Part shown: one piece after another, positions 1 to 13,699 of the stretch
How positions within the stretch are numbered: the first letter of the stretch is position 1
How the letters are laid out: every line of letters begins with the position of its first letter
From: Myxococcales bacterium
GTDB taxonomy: Bacteria > Desulfobacterota > Binatia > HRBIN30
Assembly (NCBI GenBank): GCA_037445065.1
Contig: JBBILD010000003.1
Location: 32,001 to 96,000 of the forward strand
Length of the DNA: 64,000 bases
Direction of reading: 5' to 3'
Notes under the pieces: generated by a model
The model's input: the letters and a program-made list of their open reading frames with translations, nothing else
What the model was told of the DNA's origin: nothing
Databases searched by the model: none
Translations under genes and position numbers: made by a program

Positions 1-696
1 GCGGCGCGCGAAGCGGAGCGCCCGGTGCGCGCCGTGTTGCGGCAGATCAAGCGACGGCGTGTGAGGGCGCAGCGCGTCGGCATGCTCGCCTTTGTCCCGT
101 TCGTGGCCTTGTTAGTGGCGCACGCCGTCAATCCCGAGTTCCGCTTGTTCTACTCTTCGGTGGCTGCCTTTGCGGTGGCGCTAACCGGAATTTGGTCGCT
201 ACCCAACATACGCCGCCTCGCTTTGCACGAGGCGTGGCATGAGTACCGAGAGTACTTGTTTCTTTTCCCGCTCTTTCTTTCCATTACGCTGCTGCAAGTA
301 GCGGGCTTCTTCGATCGTCTGGAAAGCGTCTTGCTGGCCGGCATTGAGCGTCTGGGTGTGGGGCCGGTGGCGTGGATCCAATTCGCCGGTGCCACGGTGC
401 TCTCCGCCATGCTCGACAACAACGTGGTCGCGGATTTTTCCGCCCGTGCACTCCACGACCTCGAGTTGCCGCTCGTGCATCTGTTCTCCATGGCGCAAAT
501 TGCCGGTTACGCTCTCGGTGGGTGCTGGACGCACATTGGCTGCGCACAGTCGGTGGTGGCGTACGCGTTCATGCGGAAGGACGTGGACGAGCACTTTACC
601 CCCTTGGCCTGGATTCGAGTGATGACCCCTACTCTCACTGGCCTGTTTGCGCTGCTCACCGGGCTCGTTTTTCTGCGGGCCTGGTGCGCCGGCTAG
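1..696 (+). CDS. Ion transporter superfamily permease (ArsB/NhaB/NhaD-like), 5' truncated by window edge
   Basis: Multiple TM segments; motifs LSAMLDNNVV and LGGCWTHIG resemble the IT-superfamily 'SAxxDNxx' and 'GGxxTxIG' hairpins; the frame is open to the window start. Confidence 0.7.
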   Translation, partial: AAREAERPVRAVLRQIKRRRVRAQRVGMLAFVPFVALLVAHAVNPEFRLFYSSVAAFAVALTGIWSLPNIRRLALHEAWHEYREYLFLFPLFLSITLLQVAGFFDRLESVLLAGIERLGVGPVAWIQFAGATVLSAMLDNNVVADFSARALHDLELPLVHLFSMAQIAGYALGGCWTHIGCAQSVVAYAFMRKDVDEHFTPLAWIRVMTPTLTGLFALLTGLVFLRAWCAG

Positions 697-714
697 GCCG
701 AGCGGCGCTTGCGG

Positions 715-1521
715 CTACCTGTGACCAGGTGCTGAGCGCGCTGCGGCAAGTGCATCGAGGAACGCTTTGAGATCTTCCGGGCGCTTGACGCGTAGGCGCG
801 CACGGGTGGGTTCCGTGGAGCAGCCCACGCGGATGGTGAGGGCCGAGGGCGCCAGCAACGCAAACGCGTCTTCATCCGTGCGATCGTCGCCCGCGTATAG
901 CGGCAGGGCATCTGGACGGACGGTTTGCAGCAGGCCCAGGACGGCCTGCCCCTTGTTGATGCCGCGGGGACGGAACTCCCAAACGCAATGGCCGTGGATG
1001 AGTTCCAGCGGAGCCGATTCCGAGGCCAGACGCTGGGCAATGGCGGTAACCGCACTGTCGAGGCGGCTGACGGATGGCGGGTCCGCCTGGCGGTAGTGGC
1101 AGGCCAAAGACAGCTCCTTGTCTTCGAGCCACACGCCATGGAGGGAAGGGAGAAGGGTTGCGAGCTGTCGTCGCACTTCCTGCAAGGCTTCCTGTGCATC
1201 TTGGGAAAGGGTGGCGTGCCTCTCCTCCCCGCTCGGCCAGCGCAGCTCGGCGCCGTGGGCGCCGATGTAAAACACGCCGGGGACATCGAGCAGCGAGCGT
1301 ACATCGGACAAGCGGCGGCCGCTGACCACCGCCACGTACGTGGCGGCGGCGGAAGCAAGGCGGCCCAGTGTCTGTGCCGTGCTCGGCAAGGGCAGGGCTA
1401 GCTCAGGACGCGGGGCAATCGGCGCCAGAGTACCGTCGTAATCCAGGAAGCAAAACAGCGCGCCGGCAGAAGCGGCAGCGCGCAAAGCAGAGCGAAGCTC
1501 TTCGTGGCCCGCCTCATTCAC
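715..1521 (-). CDS. otsB: Trehalose-6-phosphate phosphatase (HAD)
   Basis: FLDYDGTLAPI, VSGR, NKG and GDDRTDEDAF HAD motifs; coupled to otsA. Confidence 0.95.
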   Translation of the reverse strand: MNEAGHEELRSALRAAASAGALFCFLDYDGTLAPIAPRPELALPLPSTAQTLGRLASAAATYVAVVSGRRLSDVRSLLDVPGVFYIGAHGAELRWPSGEERHATLSQDAQEALQEVRRQLATLLPSLHGVWLEDKELSLACHYRQADPPSVSRLDSAVTAIAQRLASESAPLELIHGHCVWEFRPRGINKGQAVLGLLQTVRPDALPLYAGDDRTDEDAFALLAPSALTIRVGCSTEPTRARLRVKRPEDLKAFLDALAAARSAPGHR

Positions 1522-3110
1522 AGCGTGCCTTCCAGTTTACGCCGCTGGGCGATGCGCCCCATCGCGGTGATGATCTTGCCCGCCCAACGGTAAATATTGT
1601 TCCGCTGCAAGGTGTCGCGCAGGGCGCTCATGCGCGTGCGGCGTTCGTGTGCTTCCATCGCCAGTGCCTGGTGCATGGCGGCGGCAAGCTCATCCACCGC
1701 GTACGGGTTCACTTGCAGCGCTTCCTCGAGTTCGCGCGCCACGCCGGTAAAGCGGCTCAGGATGAGAACGCCGTCCAAGTCCGGGCGCGCGGCCACGAAC
1801 TCTTTGGCCACCAAATTCATCCCATCGTGCAGGGAGCTTACCACGCAGACGTCGGCCAGCCGGTAAAACGCCAGTACTTCCTCGGGAGGGTGCGCCACGT
1901 CGAGGTAAATCACCGGGGTCCACCGCCCGGAGCCATACTTCCAGTTGATATCGGCGACCAACGAATCCAGTTCGGCGGCGAGGGCCTTGTAACTGGGAAT
2001 CCGGCTGCGGCTAGGCGCGCCGATTTGCACGAAGCAAATCTTGCCGGTGTACTCTGGGTGGGTTTGCAACAGCCGGTCGAAGGCGCGCAACCGTTCTGGG
2101 ATCCCCTTCGTGTAATCAATGCGATCCACGCCGAGGAGTACTCGCTCCTCACCCAGGCCGAGACGGGCGCGCAAGGCGCGCACGCGCTGCTCGAGTTCTG
2201 GGGCTCGTGCCTCTTCGCTGATGGCATCAATGTCTAGGCTAATGGGGAACGGGCGCACAAAGGTGGTTTGCCCGCGCCGCGTCACGCACGATTGCTCACT
2301 ATCCACGCGGGCTTCGACGGCGGATGCCACCGACTCGAGAAAGTTCTGGCAGTGGTAACGAATGTGGAAGCCGAGCAGGTCAGTGCCCAGCAGCCCGTCG
2401 AGGATTTCCGCCCCCCATGGGCAGATGCGAAACGCTTCCCGGTTCGGCCATGGAATGTGCCAGAACTGAGCAATGAGTAAGCGGGGTTGGGCCTCGCGCA
2501 GCATGCGGGGCAAGAGGGCGAAGTGGTAATCCTGGATGAGGACAATGGTGGGACGATCGCGTGCCTCGTCGAGCACGGCCTCCGCGAACTGGCGGTTGAC
2601 CCGCCGGTACGCCCCCCAATGTTCGACGCGGAACAGCGGCCGCTGAAACACGATGTGGCAGAGCGGCCACAAGGCCTGGTTGGCAAAGCCGAAGTAGTAG
2701 TCTTCCTCGTCCTCCTTGCTGATCCACAGCCGCCGCAGCGTGTAGCTGGGGGCCTGCGGCGGCACAGGCAAGCGGCCAGACGCATCGGCCACTTCGCGGT
2801 CGGCGTTGCCGCTGCCGTGCGCCACCCAGGTGCCACCGCAGGCGCGCATCATCGGCTCGAGGGCGGTGACCAGGCCGCTCACCGGTCGCTCGCATACGAT
2901 TTTCCCGGCCTCCAGCCGGTGCACGTAAGGTTCCCGGTTCGAAACCACCACCAAATTGTACCCTTGGAGAGCACGTTCCACGACCTGGTGGAGAGTCTCC
3001 CGGCTCCAGAAGCGAGGGAACTCCTCGCTACTTTCTAGCGCGTCGTATTGCGTCAGAGGTAACTCTCGCAACGGCACGGCAGGAGCTTCCTTAAGGCTCG
3101 CACGTGGCAT
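1518..3110 (-). CDS. otsA: Trehalose-6-phosphate synthase (GT20)
   Basis: [38 protein letters not shown]; start uncertain (ATG 3110 or GTG 3077). Confidence 0.95.
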   Translation of the reverse strand: MPRASLKEAPAVPLRELPLTQYDALESSEEFPRFWSRETLHQVVERALQGYNLVVVSNREPYVHRLEAGKIVCERPVSGLVTALEPMMRACGGTWVAHGSGNADREVADASGRLPVPPQAPSYTLRRLWISKEDEEDYYFGFANQALWPLCHIVFQRPLFRVEHWGAYRRVNRQFAEAVLDEARDRPTIVLIQDYHFALLPRMLREAQPRLLIAQFWHIPWPNREAFRICPWGAEILDGLLGTDLLGFHIRYHCQNFLESVASAVEARVDSEQSCVTRRGQTTFVRPFPISLDIDAISEEARAPELEQRVRALRARLGLGEERVLLGVDRIDYTKGIPERLRAFDRLLQTHPEYTGKICFVQIGAPSRSRIPSYKALAAELDSLVADINWKYGSGRWTPVIYLDVAHPPEEVLAFYRLADVCVVSSLHDGMNLVAKEFVAARPDLDGVLILSRFTGVARELEEALQVNPYAVDELAAAMHQALAMEAHERRTRMSALRDTLQRNNIYRWAGKIITAMGRIAQRRKLEGTL

Positions 3111-3174
3111 CGGCAAGCTTGCCGTGCACCGGGGCCCTTGCCTGCAGCACGCGCTTTTGCCAGCGACAGGCCCC

Positions 3175-6480
<3,306 letters not shown>

Positions 6481-6489
<9 letters not shown>

Positions 6490-6520
6490 TGGGGCGCAGC
6501 GTTGCGCCCCATCAGCAGGC
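6481..6520. terminator. Perfect 18-bp hairpin between convergent treS and hppA
   Basis: GCCTGCTGATGGGGCGCA-GCGT-TGCGCCCCATCAGCAGGC; no strong U-tract. Confidence 0.65.
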
Positions 6521-6537
6521 AGCTTCTCACACCTCGC

Positions 6538-8985
6538 TCAGGCCTGCTCGCTCTTGATCCGCATGCCGTAGAAGGAACGGTACACAAAGGTCACTGCGCC
6601 AGCGAAGAACGCGAGCGCCAGGAAACGGGTGAGTGTATGAGGTAGGGTGACCGCCAGCTCCACGGCCAGTAAGCCGAACAGAGTCGTGAACTTGATCACC
6701 GGGTTCATGGCCACCGACGACGTGTCTTTGAACGGGTCACCGACCGTGTCCCCGACCACTGTGGCGGCGTGTAGTTCGGAGCCTTTTTCCTTGAGTTCGA
6801 CCTCGACGATTTTCTTGGCATTGTCCCAAGCCCCGCCCGCATTGGCCATGAAAATTGCCTGGAACAAGCCAAAGAGAGCAATCGAGACCAAGTACCCTAC
6901 GAAAAAGAACGGATCCAAGCTGGCGAAGGCGAGGGTGGAGAAAAACACGGCGAGGAAGATGTTGAACATGCCGGACTGCGCATACTGGGTGCAGATCTCC
7001 ACCACCCGTTTCGAGTCGGCGATGGAAGCCTTCTCGACTCCCTCGAGGCGGATGTTGGCCTTGATAAACTCCACTGCCCGGTAGGCACCAGTGACCACGG
7101 CCTGTGTCGTTGCGCCGGTGAACCAGTAAATCATCGCGCCTCCGCAAATGAGGCCCAGCAAGAAGGGCGGGCTGAGGAGAGACAAGTGCCCGAGGTATTC
7201 CGCTTGCAGGCCGTTGGTGAGGGCCACCACAATGGAGAAGATCATTGTGGTGGCACCGACGACTGCGGTCCCGATGAGTACGGGCTTGGCCGTTGCCTTG
7301 AACGTGTTGCCCGCGCCGTCGTTTTCCTCGAGATAGTGCTTGGCGCGATCAAAGGCCGGGGTAAATCCGAACTCCCTTTGAATCTCCTCCTTCACGTTGG
7401 GGATGTTCTCGATCACGGAAAGTTCGTAGACGGACTGCGCATTGTCGGTCACCGGGCCGTAGGAATCCACGGCGATCGTAACCGGTCCCATCCCCAGGAA
7501 GCCGAAAGCGACCAAGCCGAAAGCAAACACCGGGGCGGTCATGTGCGCAGTGGCTTGCGGCAAGGCCTGCTGCAGGTCGCCGCCACTCACGATCCAAGCG
7601 AGGCCCATGAGCACAATGAAGGTTGCCCCCATCCAGTACGACGAATAGTTTCCCGCAGTGAGACCACTCAGGATGTTGAGGGATGGCCCGCCCTCGCGCG
7701 AGGCTGTGACCACCTCGCGCACGTGCGCTGACTCGGTGGAAGTGAAGATCTTCACGAGCTCGGGGATCAGTGCGCCAGCGATGGTGCCGCAACTGATGAT
7801 CGTTGAGAGCTGCCACCACAGGTTCCCCGTGCCTAAGTCGCGAATCAGCAAGTACGACACGATGTAGGTGAGGGTGATGGAGACAATCGAGGTCAGCCAG
7901 ACGAGGAAGGTCAGTGGCTGCTCGAAGTTCATTTGGTCTGCGTTGCCGAGGCGGGCGCGCTGGATGGCCTCGTTCAGTAGGTAGGAGCCGCCGGAGGCCA
8001 CAATCATCATGATGCGCATGGCAAAGATCCACACCAGTAAGGTGACTTGTAGGTGCGGGTCCTGGCCGAGAACGAGCAGGATAAAGGTGATCAGCGCGAC
8101 GCCCGTGACTCCGTAGGTCTCGAAACCATCGGCCGATGGCCCCACCGAGTCGCCCGCATTGTCGCCGGTGCAATCCGCGATCACACCCGGATTGCGCGCG
8201 TCGTCTTCTTTGATGTTGAAGACGATCTTCATGAGATCGGAGCCGATGTCAGCGATCTTGGTGAAGATACCGCCAGCGATGCGCAGCGCAGAGGCGCCGA
8301 GGGACTCCCCAATCGCAAAGCCGATAAAACAGGGGCCGGCGAAGTTGGCGGGAATGTAGAGCAGGATCACGAGCATGATGAGCAGCTCTACGGAAATCAG
8401 GACCATACCGATGCTCATCCCGGCCTTGAGAGGGATTTCGTAAGTGGGGAACGGCTTGCCGCGTAGAGCCGCGAAGGCCGCTCGCGAGTTAGCGAAGTTG
8501 TTTACCCGCATCCCGAACCAAGCCACTCCGTAGCTGCCGCCGATCCCGACTAGGCTAAAGAAGAGAACGATCAGTACCTTGGTGAGATCGCCCTCGAAGG
8601 CGCGGTAGAAGTACACCGCCATGATGACGCCGATGAAAAACTCCAGGATCAGGATGAACTTGCCCTGGGTCAGCAGATACGTCTTACAGGTCTCGTAGAT
8701 CAGTTCGGAAATCTCGCGCATGGCGCGGTGCACCGGCAGGTTCTTGAGCTGTTGGTAAATGACCAAACCGAACAGCAGGCCAAGGGCGCACACCAGCAGG
8801 CCAATGGAAAGGAGGGTATGGCCGCTCACGCCCAGAAAGTGCACGATGCGGAAGTCCGGCAGCACCAGATGCATCTCGCCGTGCGCCTGCGTCCCAGCTC
8901 CAAACGCGGGCGCGGAAAACAAGCCTATCAGCCAGATTCCCAACCAGGCCAATGCCGGCCAGCTTTTGCGCGTTCCTTCGATCAT
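6538..8985 (-). CDS. hppA: Membrane-bound ion-translocating pyrophosphatase (K+-independent signature)
   Basis: GGIFTKIADIGSDL, EDDARNPGVIAD, DSYGPVTDNA, GNTFKA, GDTVGDPFKDT; AGAAGGGA upstream of ATG 8985. Confidence 0.95.
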   Translation of the reverse strand: MIEGTRKSWPALAWLGIWLIGLFSAPAFGAGTQAHGEMHLVLPDFRIVHFLGVSGHTLLSIGLLVCALGLLFGLVIYQQLKNLPVHRAMREISELIYETCKTYLLTQGKFILILEFFIGVIMAVYFYRAFEGDLTKVLIVLFFSLVGIGGSYGVAWFGMRVNNFANSRAAFAALRGKPFPTYEIPLKAGMSIGMVLISVELLIMLVILLYIPANFAGPCFIGFAIGESLGASALRIAGGIFTKIADIGSDLMKIVFNIKEDDARNPGVIADCTGDNAGDSVGPSADGFETYGVTGVALITFILLVLGQDPHLQVTLLVWIFAMRIMMIVASGGSYLLNEAIQRARLGNADQMNFEQPLTFLVWLTSIVSITLTYIVSYLLIRDLGTGNLWWQLSTIISCGTIAGALIPELVKIFTSTESAHVREVVTASREGGPSLNILSGLTAGNYSSYWMGATFIVLMGLAWIVSGGDLQQALPQATAHMTAPVFAFGLVAFGFLGMGPVTIAVDSYGPVTDNAQSVYELSVIENIPNVKEEIQREFGFTPAFDRAKHYLEENDGAGNTFKATAKPVLIGTAVVGATTMIFSIVVALTNGLQAEYLGHLSLLSPPFLLGLICGGAMIYWFTGATTQAVVTGAYRAVEFIKANIRLEGVEKASIADSKRVVEICTQYAQSGMFNIFLAVFFSTLAFASLDPFFFVGYLVSIALFGLFQAIFMANAGGAWDNAKKIVEVELKEKGSELHAATVVGDTVGDPFKDTSSVAMNPVIKFTTLFGLLAVELAVTLPHTLTRFLALAFFAGAVTFVYRSFYGMRIKSEQA

Positions 8986-9307
8986 GTCGGTTTCCCTTCT
9001 CTGCAAATTCGTTCTCCTGGGGTGGGGCCAAATGGCGGACCCATCTGGATCGTTCCCCACCCGAGACCACACCACAAGCGTCCCCTCAGAGGCCGCGCCC
9101 TTATGGCAAAACGCTCTTTTTGCCGCAAGGTAACCGGGCTCGGGCTAGTTTCGGGCGGTACCGGGCAGCGCTCGTGCGGCCGGGCTCGGTTGTGGTAGAG
9201 AGAAGAGGGCCCGCGGGATGGTGGCGAGGCCCTTTGGCAGCGGTGGTTGGTAGCGTTTCTCGAGCACGAGGAAGGGGCTCGGAGCGAGAAGTCAAGGTCG
9301 AAGAAGA

Positions 9308-9886
9308 ATGATCGGTAGCGAGAGCTGGATTCCGTTGACCGAAGAAGAGCGGAGCTTACTCCTCTCTGTTGCCCGGGAAAGCATCCGCAGCGCTCTCGAA
9401 GGGTACGAAGCCCCGGTGTTGGAAGAAATCCCGCCATTGTTGCAACAACCGGCCGCGGTGTTCGTGACCTTGTACCGAGGACAGGAGCTGCGAGGTTGCG
9501 TGGGCACGGTGGAGGCTCGCGAACCACTCTATCAGGCGGTGATCCGCACGGCGCGTTCAGCCGCTCTGCACGATCCCCGCTTCCCTCCGGTCCGGCCTGA
9601 AGAGGTCGATGCGCTGACCATCGAGATTTCTCGCTTGTCGCCCCTGCGCCCGGTGCCGCCGGAAGAGATCTTGGTGGGAATCCACGGCGTCTGCCTGGAA
9701 CTTGGCTCGGCGCGGGCTGTGTTCTTGCCGAAAGTGGCGCTCGAGCAAGGGTGGAGCCGAGAGCAACTCCTCGACCAGCTCGCCCGCAAGGCGGGGTTGG
9801 CTCCCGATGCCTGGCAGGAGGAGGATGCCCGCCTGTTCGTTTTTACCACCGAGGTGTTTGCTGCAGCGGGCAGCGGCCAGCAGTAG
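9308..9886 (+). CDS. AMMECR1 / AmmeMemoRadiSam system protein A
   Basis: VFVTL..LRGCVG, DPRFPPV, IEISRLS, VFLPKVALEQGW, KAGL. Confidence 0.9.
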   Translation: MIGSESWIPLTEEERSLLLSVARESIRSALEGYEAPVLEEIPPLLQQPAAVFVTLYRGQELRGCVGTVEAREPLYQAVIRTARSAALHDPRFPPVRPEEVDALTIEISRLSPLRPVPPEEILVGIHGVCLELGSARAVFLPKVALEQGWSREQLLDQLARKAGLAPDAWQEEDARLFVFTTEVFAAAGSGQQ

Positions 9887-9928
9887 CGGCGCTCGAACTG
9901 GCCGCAGGGGAAAGCCACGCCGCGTGGC

Positions 9929-11128
9929 TCAGGCAGCTACGTCCGGCGCCAGCGCCTTGAGAGCCTGCTCGATTCGGTCCAGAGCTTCCGACGAGTTGTC
10001 GAGCGAATTGGCATAGGAGATGCGGATGTGGTCCGGGTAACCGAAGTCGGTGCCGCCGACGAGCGCCACGTGGGCGCGCTCAATGAGAAACTTGGCCAAC
10101 TCATCGCCGGTTTGTGGTCCCCCTGGACGCCGCAGGTACGCCGAGACGTTCGGAAAAACATAAAACGCTCCTTGCGGCATCGGACAGCGAATCCCAGGGA
10201 TGCGGCGCAAGCGCTGCATGACGAAGTCCCGCCGCTCTGCGAAAGCCGCCATCATTTGCCCGACGGAGTCCTGCGGTCCGGCGAGCGCCGCAGCCGCGGC
10301 AGCCTGAGCGATGGAAGAGGGGTTCGAAGTCATCTGACCTTGGATGGTGGTCATGGCCTTAATCACGGGAGCGGGCGCTGCCGTGTAGCCCACGCGCCAG
10401 CCGGTCATGGCGTAGGTTTTGGATACGGAGTTACAGAGGATCGTTCGTTCGCGCAGCTCGGGTCGCAAGCGGAGGACTTGGCCGAGGCGAAAATCCCCGT
10501 ACACCATTTTTTCGTAGACGTCGTCTGAAATGATCCAGCAAGGCCGTTCGGCCACAACCTCGAGCAGAGCGGCGAGTTCCTCCTCGTTGTAGGCCACACC
10601 GGCGGGGTTGCTGGGGCTGTTCAAGATCACCGCGCGGGTGCGTGCACTCCAGGCCCCTGCCAGATCACTAGCGGTGAGTTTGAAATCGTTTTCCGGGCGA
10701 GGAAAGACAATGCGCGCTTCCGCTCCGGCTAGGCGGAGCATATCCGGGTAGCTGACCCAAAACGGTGCTGGAACGAGTACTTCGTCGCCATCGTTGAACA
10801 AGGCTTGGAAGGCGACAAAGAGCGAATGCTTGCCGCCGCAGTTGGCCATGACCTCGTTTTTCGCGTACTCGACGCCGTTGTCGCGCTTGAGCTTGGTGAC
10901 AATCGCCTCTTTGAGTTCGTCGGTGCCGCCAACGGGCGTGTACTTGGTCTCGCCACGGGCCAAGGCTTGCCGTGCAGCTTCCTTGATGTGCTCGGGCGTG
11001 TCGAAGTCCGGTTCGCCCGCGCCAAGGTCAATGACCGCTACGCCCTGCCGCCGCAGCGCGTTGGCAGCCTCGGTGACCGCCAGCGTGGCCGATGGTTTTA
11101 CGAAGCGCAGTCGTTGGCTGAGTTCCAT
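9929..11128 (-). CDS. aspC: Class I PLP aminotransferase (aspartate aminotransferase-like)
   Basis: GEPDFDTP, NSPSNPAG, SDDVY, SKTYAMTGWRVG. Confidence 0.9.
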   Translation of the reverse strand: MELSQRLRFVKPSATLAVTEAANALRRQGVAVIDLGAGEPDFDTPEHIKEAARQALARGETKYTPVGGTDELKEAIVTKLKRDNGVEYAKNEVMANCGGKHSLFVAFQALFNDGDEVLVPAPFWVSYPDMLRLAGAEARIVFPRPENDFKLTASDLAGAWSARTRAVILNSPSNPAGVAYNEEELAALLEVVAERPCWIISDDVYEKMVYGDFRLGQVLRLRPELRERTILCNSVSKTYAMTGWRVGYTAAPAPVIKAMTTIQGQMTSNPSSIAQAAAAAALAGPQDSVGQMMAAFAERRDFVMQRLRRIPGIRCPMPQGAFYVFPNVSAYLRRPGGPQTGDELAKFLIERAHVALVGGTDFGYPDHIRISYANSLDNSSEALDRIEQALKALAPDVAA

Positions 11129-11188
11129 GGCATTCCTTTCCCCACAGGTGGTTGCGATGCGACCGAGGCGCTTATCGAAAAGCGGGCC

Positions 11189-12274
11189 TCAGCGCGAGGG
11201 AGCGAGTTTCTCCAACAGTAGACGGCGCACGTTGTCGGGAACCTGCCCGCTGATGTCGCCCCCGAGGGCGGCCACTTCCTTCACCAAGCGGGAAGACGTG
11301 TACGAGTGTGCCTCGCTGGTGGGGAGAAACACGGTATGGATGTGCGGGCGCAAGTGGCGATTCATCATCGCCATTTGGAACTCGTATTCGAAGTCCGACA
11401 CCGCTCTGAGGCCGCGAATGATGACCCGCGCGCCCACTTGGTCGCAGTAATCCACGAGCAGACCGCCGAAGGCATCCACCTGCACCCGATCCCCCGCGTC
11501 GCGCAGCGCTTCGCGAATCATGGCCACTCGCTCCTCGGGCGTGAACAGGGCCCCGCCTTTCTTGGCGTCGCTGGTCACTCCTGCCACCGCCACGATGACC
11601 TGATCGAACACCTCGATGGCGCGGCGGATGAGGTCAATGTGACCGTTGGTGATCGGGTCAAAGGAACCAGCGTAAACGGCTTTCAGTAAACGATGGGACA
11701 TTTTGTTGTCGTTTGCCATGGAAGTCTGGAACAGAGCGACCGCTGTCTTTCCATACCGGCGGGTGTGAAGCAACTGCAGCGCTCCGTAGCGAGCGCGAAG
11801 GGAACGGTCGGCTGCCACCTCCAGCGCGAGCCATGCCTCTGGCGCGAGCAACGGAGATTCCCCGAGCAGCGAGAGCAGCGCATCCAAATCGGGCGTGCGG
11901 TACGGGGGATCGGCGAAGGCACCGTGGAAACGGACTCCTTGTTGCGCCAGCCGCCGCAGCGTGGGGAGAACGGCTCCGCGTAGGACAGTGGCTCGACTCG
12001 CAAATCGGCAGTGCGCGAGATTTTTGCGCAGCGCGGCGAGAGCGGCTTCGCTTTTCTCGACGAAGGTGACATGCCGGGCACCGCGGCTGAGCGCCTCGAT
12101 GCCGAGCGAGCCGCTACCCGCGTAGAGGTCCAGCAACTCTGCGCCATGCAGGGAAAAGCGGCTTTCTACAATGTTGAAAATGGCTCCTTTGACTTTGTCC
12201 GCCGTCGGCCGAGTTGCAAGGCCGCGCGGGGCCACCAATCTTCGCCCTTTTGCCTCCCCGGCGATCACCCGCAT
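11189..12274 (-). CDS. rsmD-coaD: Fused 16S rRNA m2G966 methyltransferase RsmD and pantetheine-phosphate adenylyltransferase CoaD
   Basis: N-half RVIAGEAKGR, RPT, LDLYAGSG, DPPY; C-half YAGSFDPITNGH, RGLRAVSDFEYE, SSRLVKE; no stop between them. Confidence 0.9.
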   Translation of the reverse strand: MRVIAGEAKGRRLVAPRGLATRPTADKVKGAIFNIVESRFSLHGAELLDLYAGSGSLGIEALSRGARHVTFVEKSEAALAALRKNLAHCRFASRATVLRGAVLPTLRRLAQQGVRFHGAFADPPYRTPDLDALLSLLGESPLLAPEAWLALEVAADRSLRARYGALQLLHTRRYGKTAVALFQTSMANDNKMSHRLLKAVYAGSFDPITNGHIDLIRRAIEVFDQVIVAVAGVTSDAKKGGALFTPEERVAMIREALRDAGDRVQVDAFGGLLVDYCDQVGARVIIRGLRAVSDFEYEFQMAMMNRHLRPHIHTVFLPTSEAHSYTSSRLVKEVAALGGDISGQVPDNVRRLLLEKLAPSR

Positions 12275-12304
12275 CGGCGCTCTCGCCTAGCTTGCAGAGG
12301 CGAA

Positions 12305-13513
12305 CTACGCCGTGGTCAGGGCGACGCGGGCGACCGCAGCGGCGAAGTCTGCGGCTCGCACCACGGCGGCGAGGTCAATTTGCTCCACCGTATCCGTGGG
12401 CTGGTGGTAGTTCCGCGGAACGCCGTTGTCTTCGAGAGTGATCAAGGAGAGAGCCGGGTAGCCGCATAACGCGGGGACTTTGCCGTCGGTGCCGGCGAGC
12501 AGGTGCACCGGGGTAACGCGCCCAAAGCGGCCGCTTGCGGCTACCGAGCGCGCCACCTCGAGCAGGCGGGGAGGGTAGTGGGTGCGGCCGAGCAGCCCCT
12601 CGCTCAGGATATAGTGTAGGTTCCCCCCACCAACACACTCGAAGTTGATGAAAAACGTGTGCTCGGGGTCCCAATGGGAGTGCGTTTCCACGAACTCCCA
12701 CATGCCCCCGCTGCCGCATTCTTCGGCGCCGGTTCCCACCAGCCACAGTTCCACGTCGTCGCCCAGTTGCTGGGCGAGCGAGTCGCCGGCCAGCAGCATG
12801 GCGGCCACTGCTGAGGCGTTGTCGTTCGCGCCCGGCGTGGGTTGGGCCATGGCCCATTGCAAGCCGAGACCCACGGCGAGGGCGAGCCCCAGGATGTCAG
12901 CATAGCGAATGGCCCCGAACAGCCAGCCATGGGAACCGGTCCACTCTGCAAGCGCGACCGCCGTTCCCAACGCCAGCAGCAGCTCAGGGACAGCCAGGGG
13001 CGGGATGGGCAAGCGGTTGCCGTTACCTTGCCGTTGGTGGTTCCAGCCCGCAAACCAATGAGCCACCCGCGGCGAGAAAACGAAGCCGGCCTCGGTGGTG
13101 TCAATATGGGCACTGAAAATCACACGCCGGCTCGCCTGTGGCGAGCCACGACGGCCGACGACGTTGACCGAGTTCGAGACTCCGAGCAGGCGCGAGAGAA
13201 TACGTGCTTGACGCCGGTTCTCCAAACGAAACGACACCCACGCCAACAGAACGAGGAGAACGCCGATCAAGCCGCCCCACAGGACCCCGAGCAAACCCAC
13301 GGCGGCGTGCAATGCCAGCACTCGGCCCGGGCGGGGCCCTCCTTCCACTGGCACCACCTGTACATCGGAGAACCCCAGTTGCTGCAGCCAGTCTGCGACT
13401 TGATCTGCCGCCTGCCGCTCGTAGAACGTGCCGGCGATGCGGCTCGGTAGCTCGCAGAGGCGTTGGATCCAAGCGCGGGCGCGGCTCTCCCGTTCCTGAG
13501 TTGCTTCCATCAT
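12305..13513 (-). CDS. M28 family metallopeptidase with membrane segments
   Basis: SAHIDT, GANDNAS, GAEE, NFECVG, YHQPTD; hydrophobic inserts. Confidence 0.85.
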   Translation of the reverse strand: MMEATQERESRARAWIQRLCELPSRIAGTFYERQAADQVADWLQQLGFSDVQVVPVEGGPRPGRVLALHAAVGLLGVLWGGLIGVLLVLLAWVSFRLENRRQARILSRLLGVSNSVNVVGRRGSPQASRRVIFSAHIDTTEAGFVFSPRVAHWFAGWNHQRQGNGNRLPIPPLAVPELLLALGTAVALAEWTGSHGWLFGAIRYADILGLALAVGLGLQWAMAQPTPGANDNASAVAAMLLAGDSLAQQLGDDVELWLVGTGAEECGSGGMWEFVETHSHWDPEHTFFINFECVGGGNLHYILSEGLLGRTHYPPRLLEVARSVAASGRFGRVTPVHLLAGTDGKVPALCGYPALSLITLEDNGVPRNYHQPTDTVEQIDLAAVVRAADFAAAVARVALTTA

Positions 13514-13699
13514 GGGCAGGCCTCCTCTCCTTTCGTTGTGTGCTGCTCGAGTGGGAAGCCCTTAGCTAGCGCTGGCGTTTCGCGGCTGCACCCGTGCGCG
13601 CGAACGGTGCCTACAGGGGAACGCGGGGGCCTTCGACGCGGGGCGTGACGGATGTGTGCATTGCTTGGCAAGGAGCAGCGGAACCGTTAGGGAAGGGCC

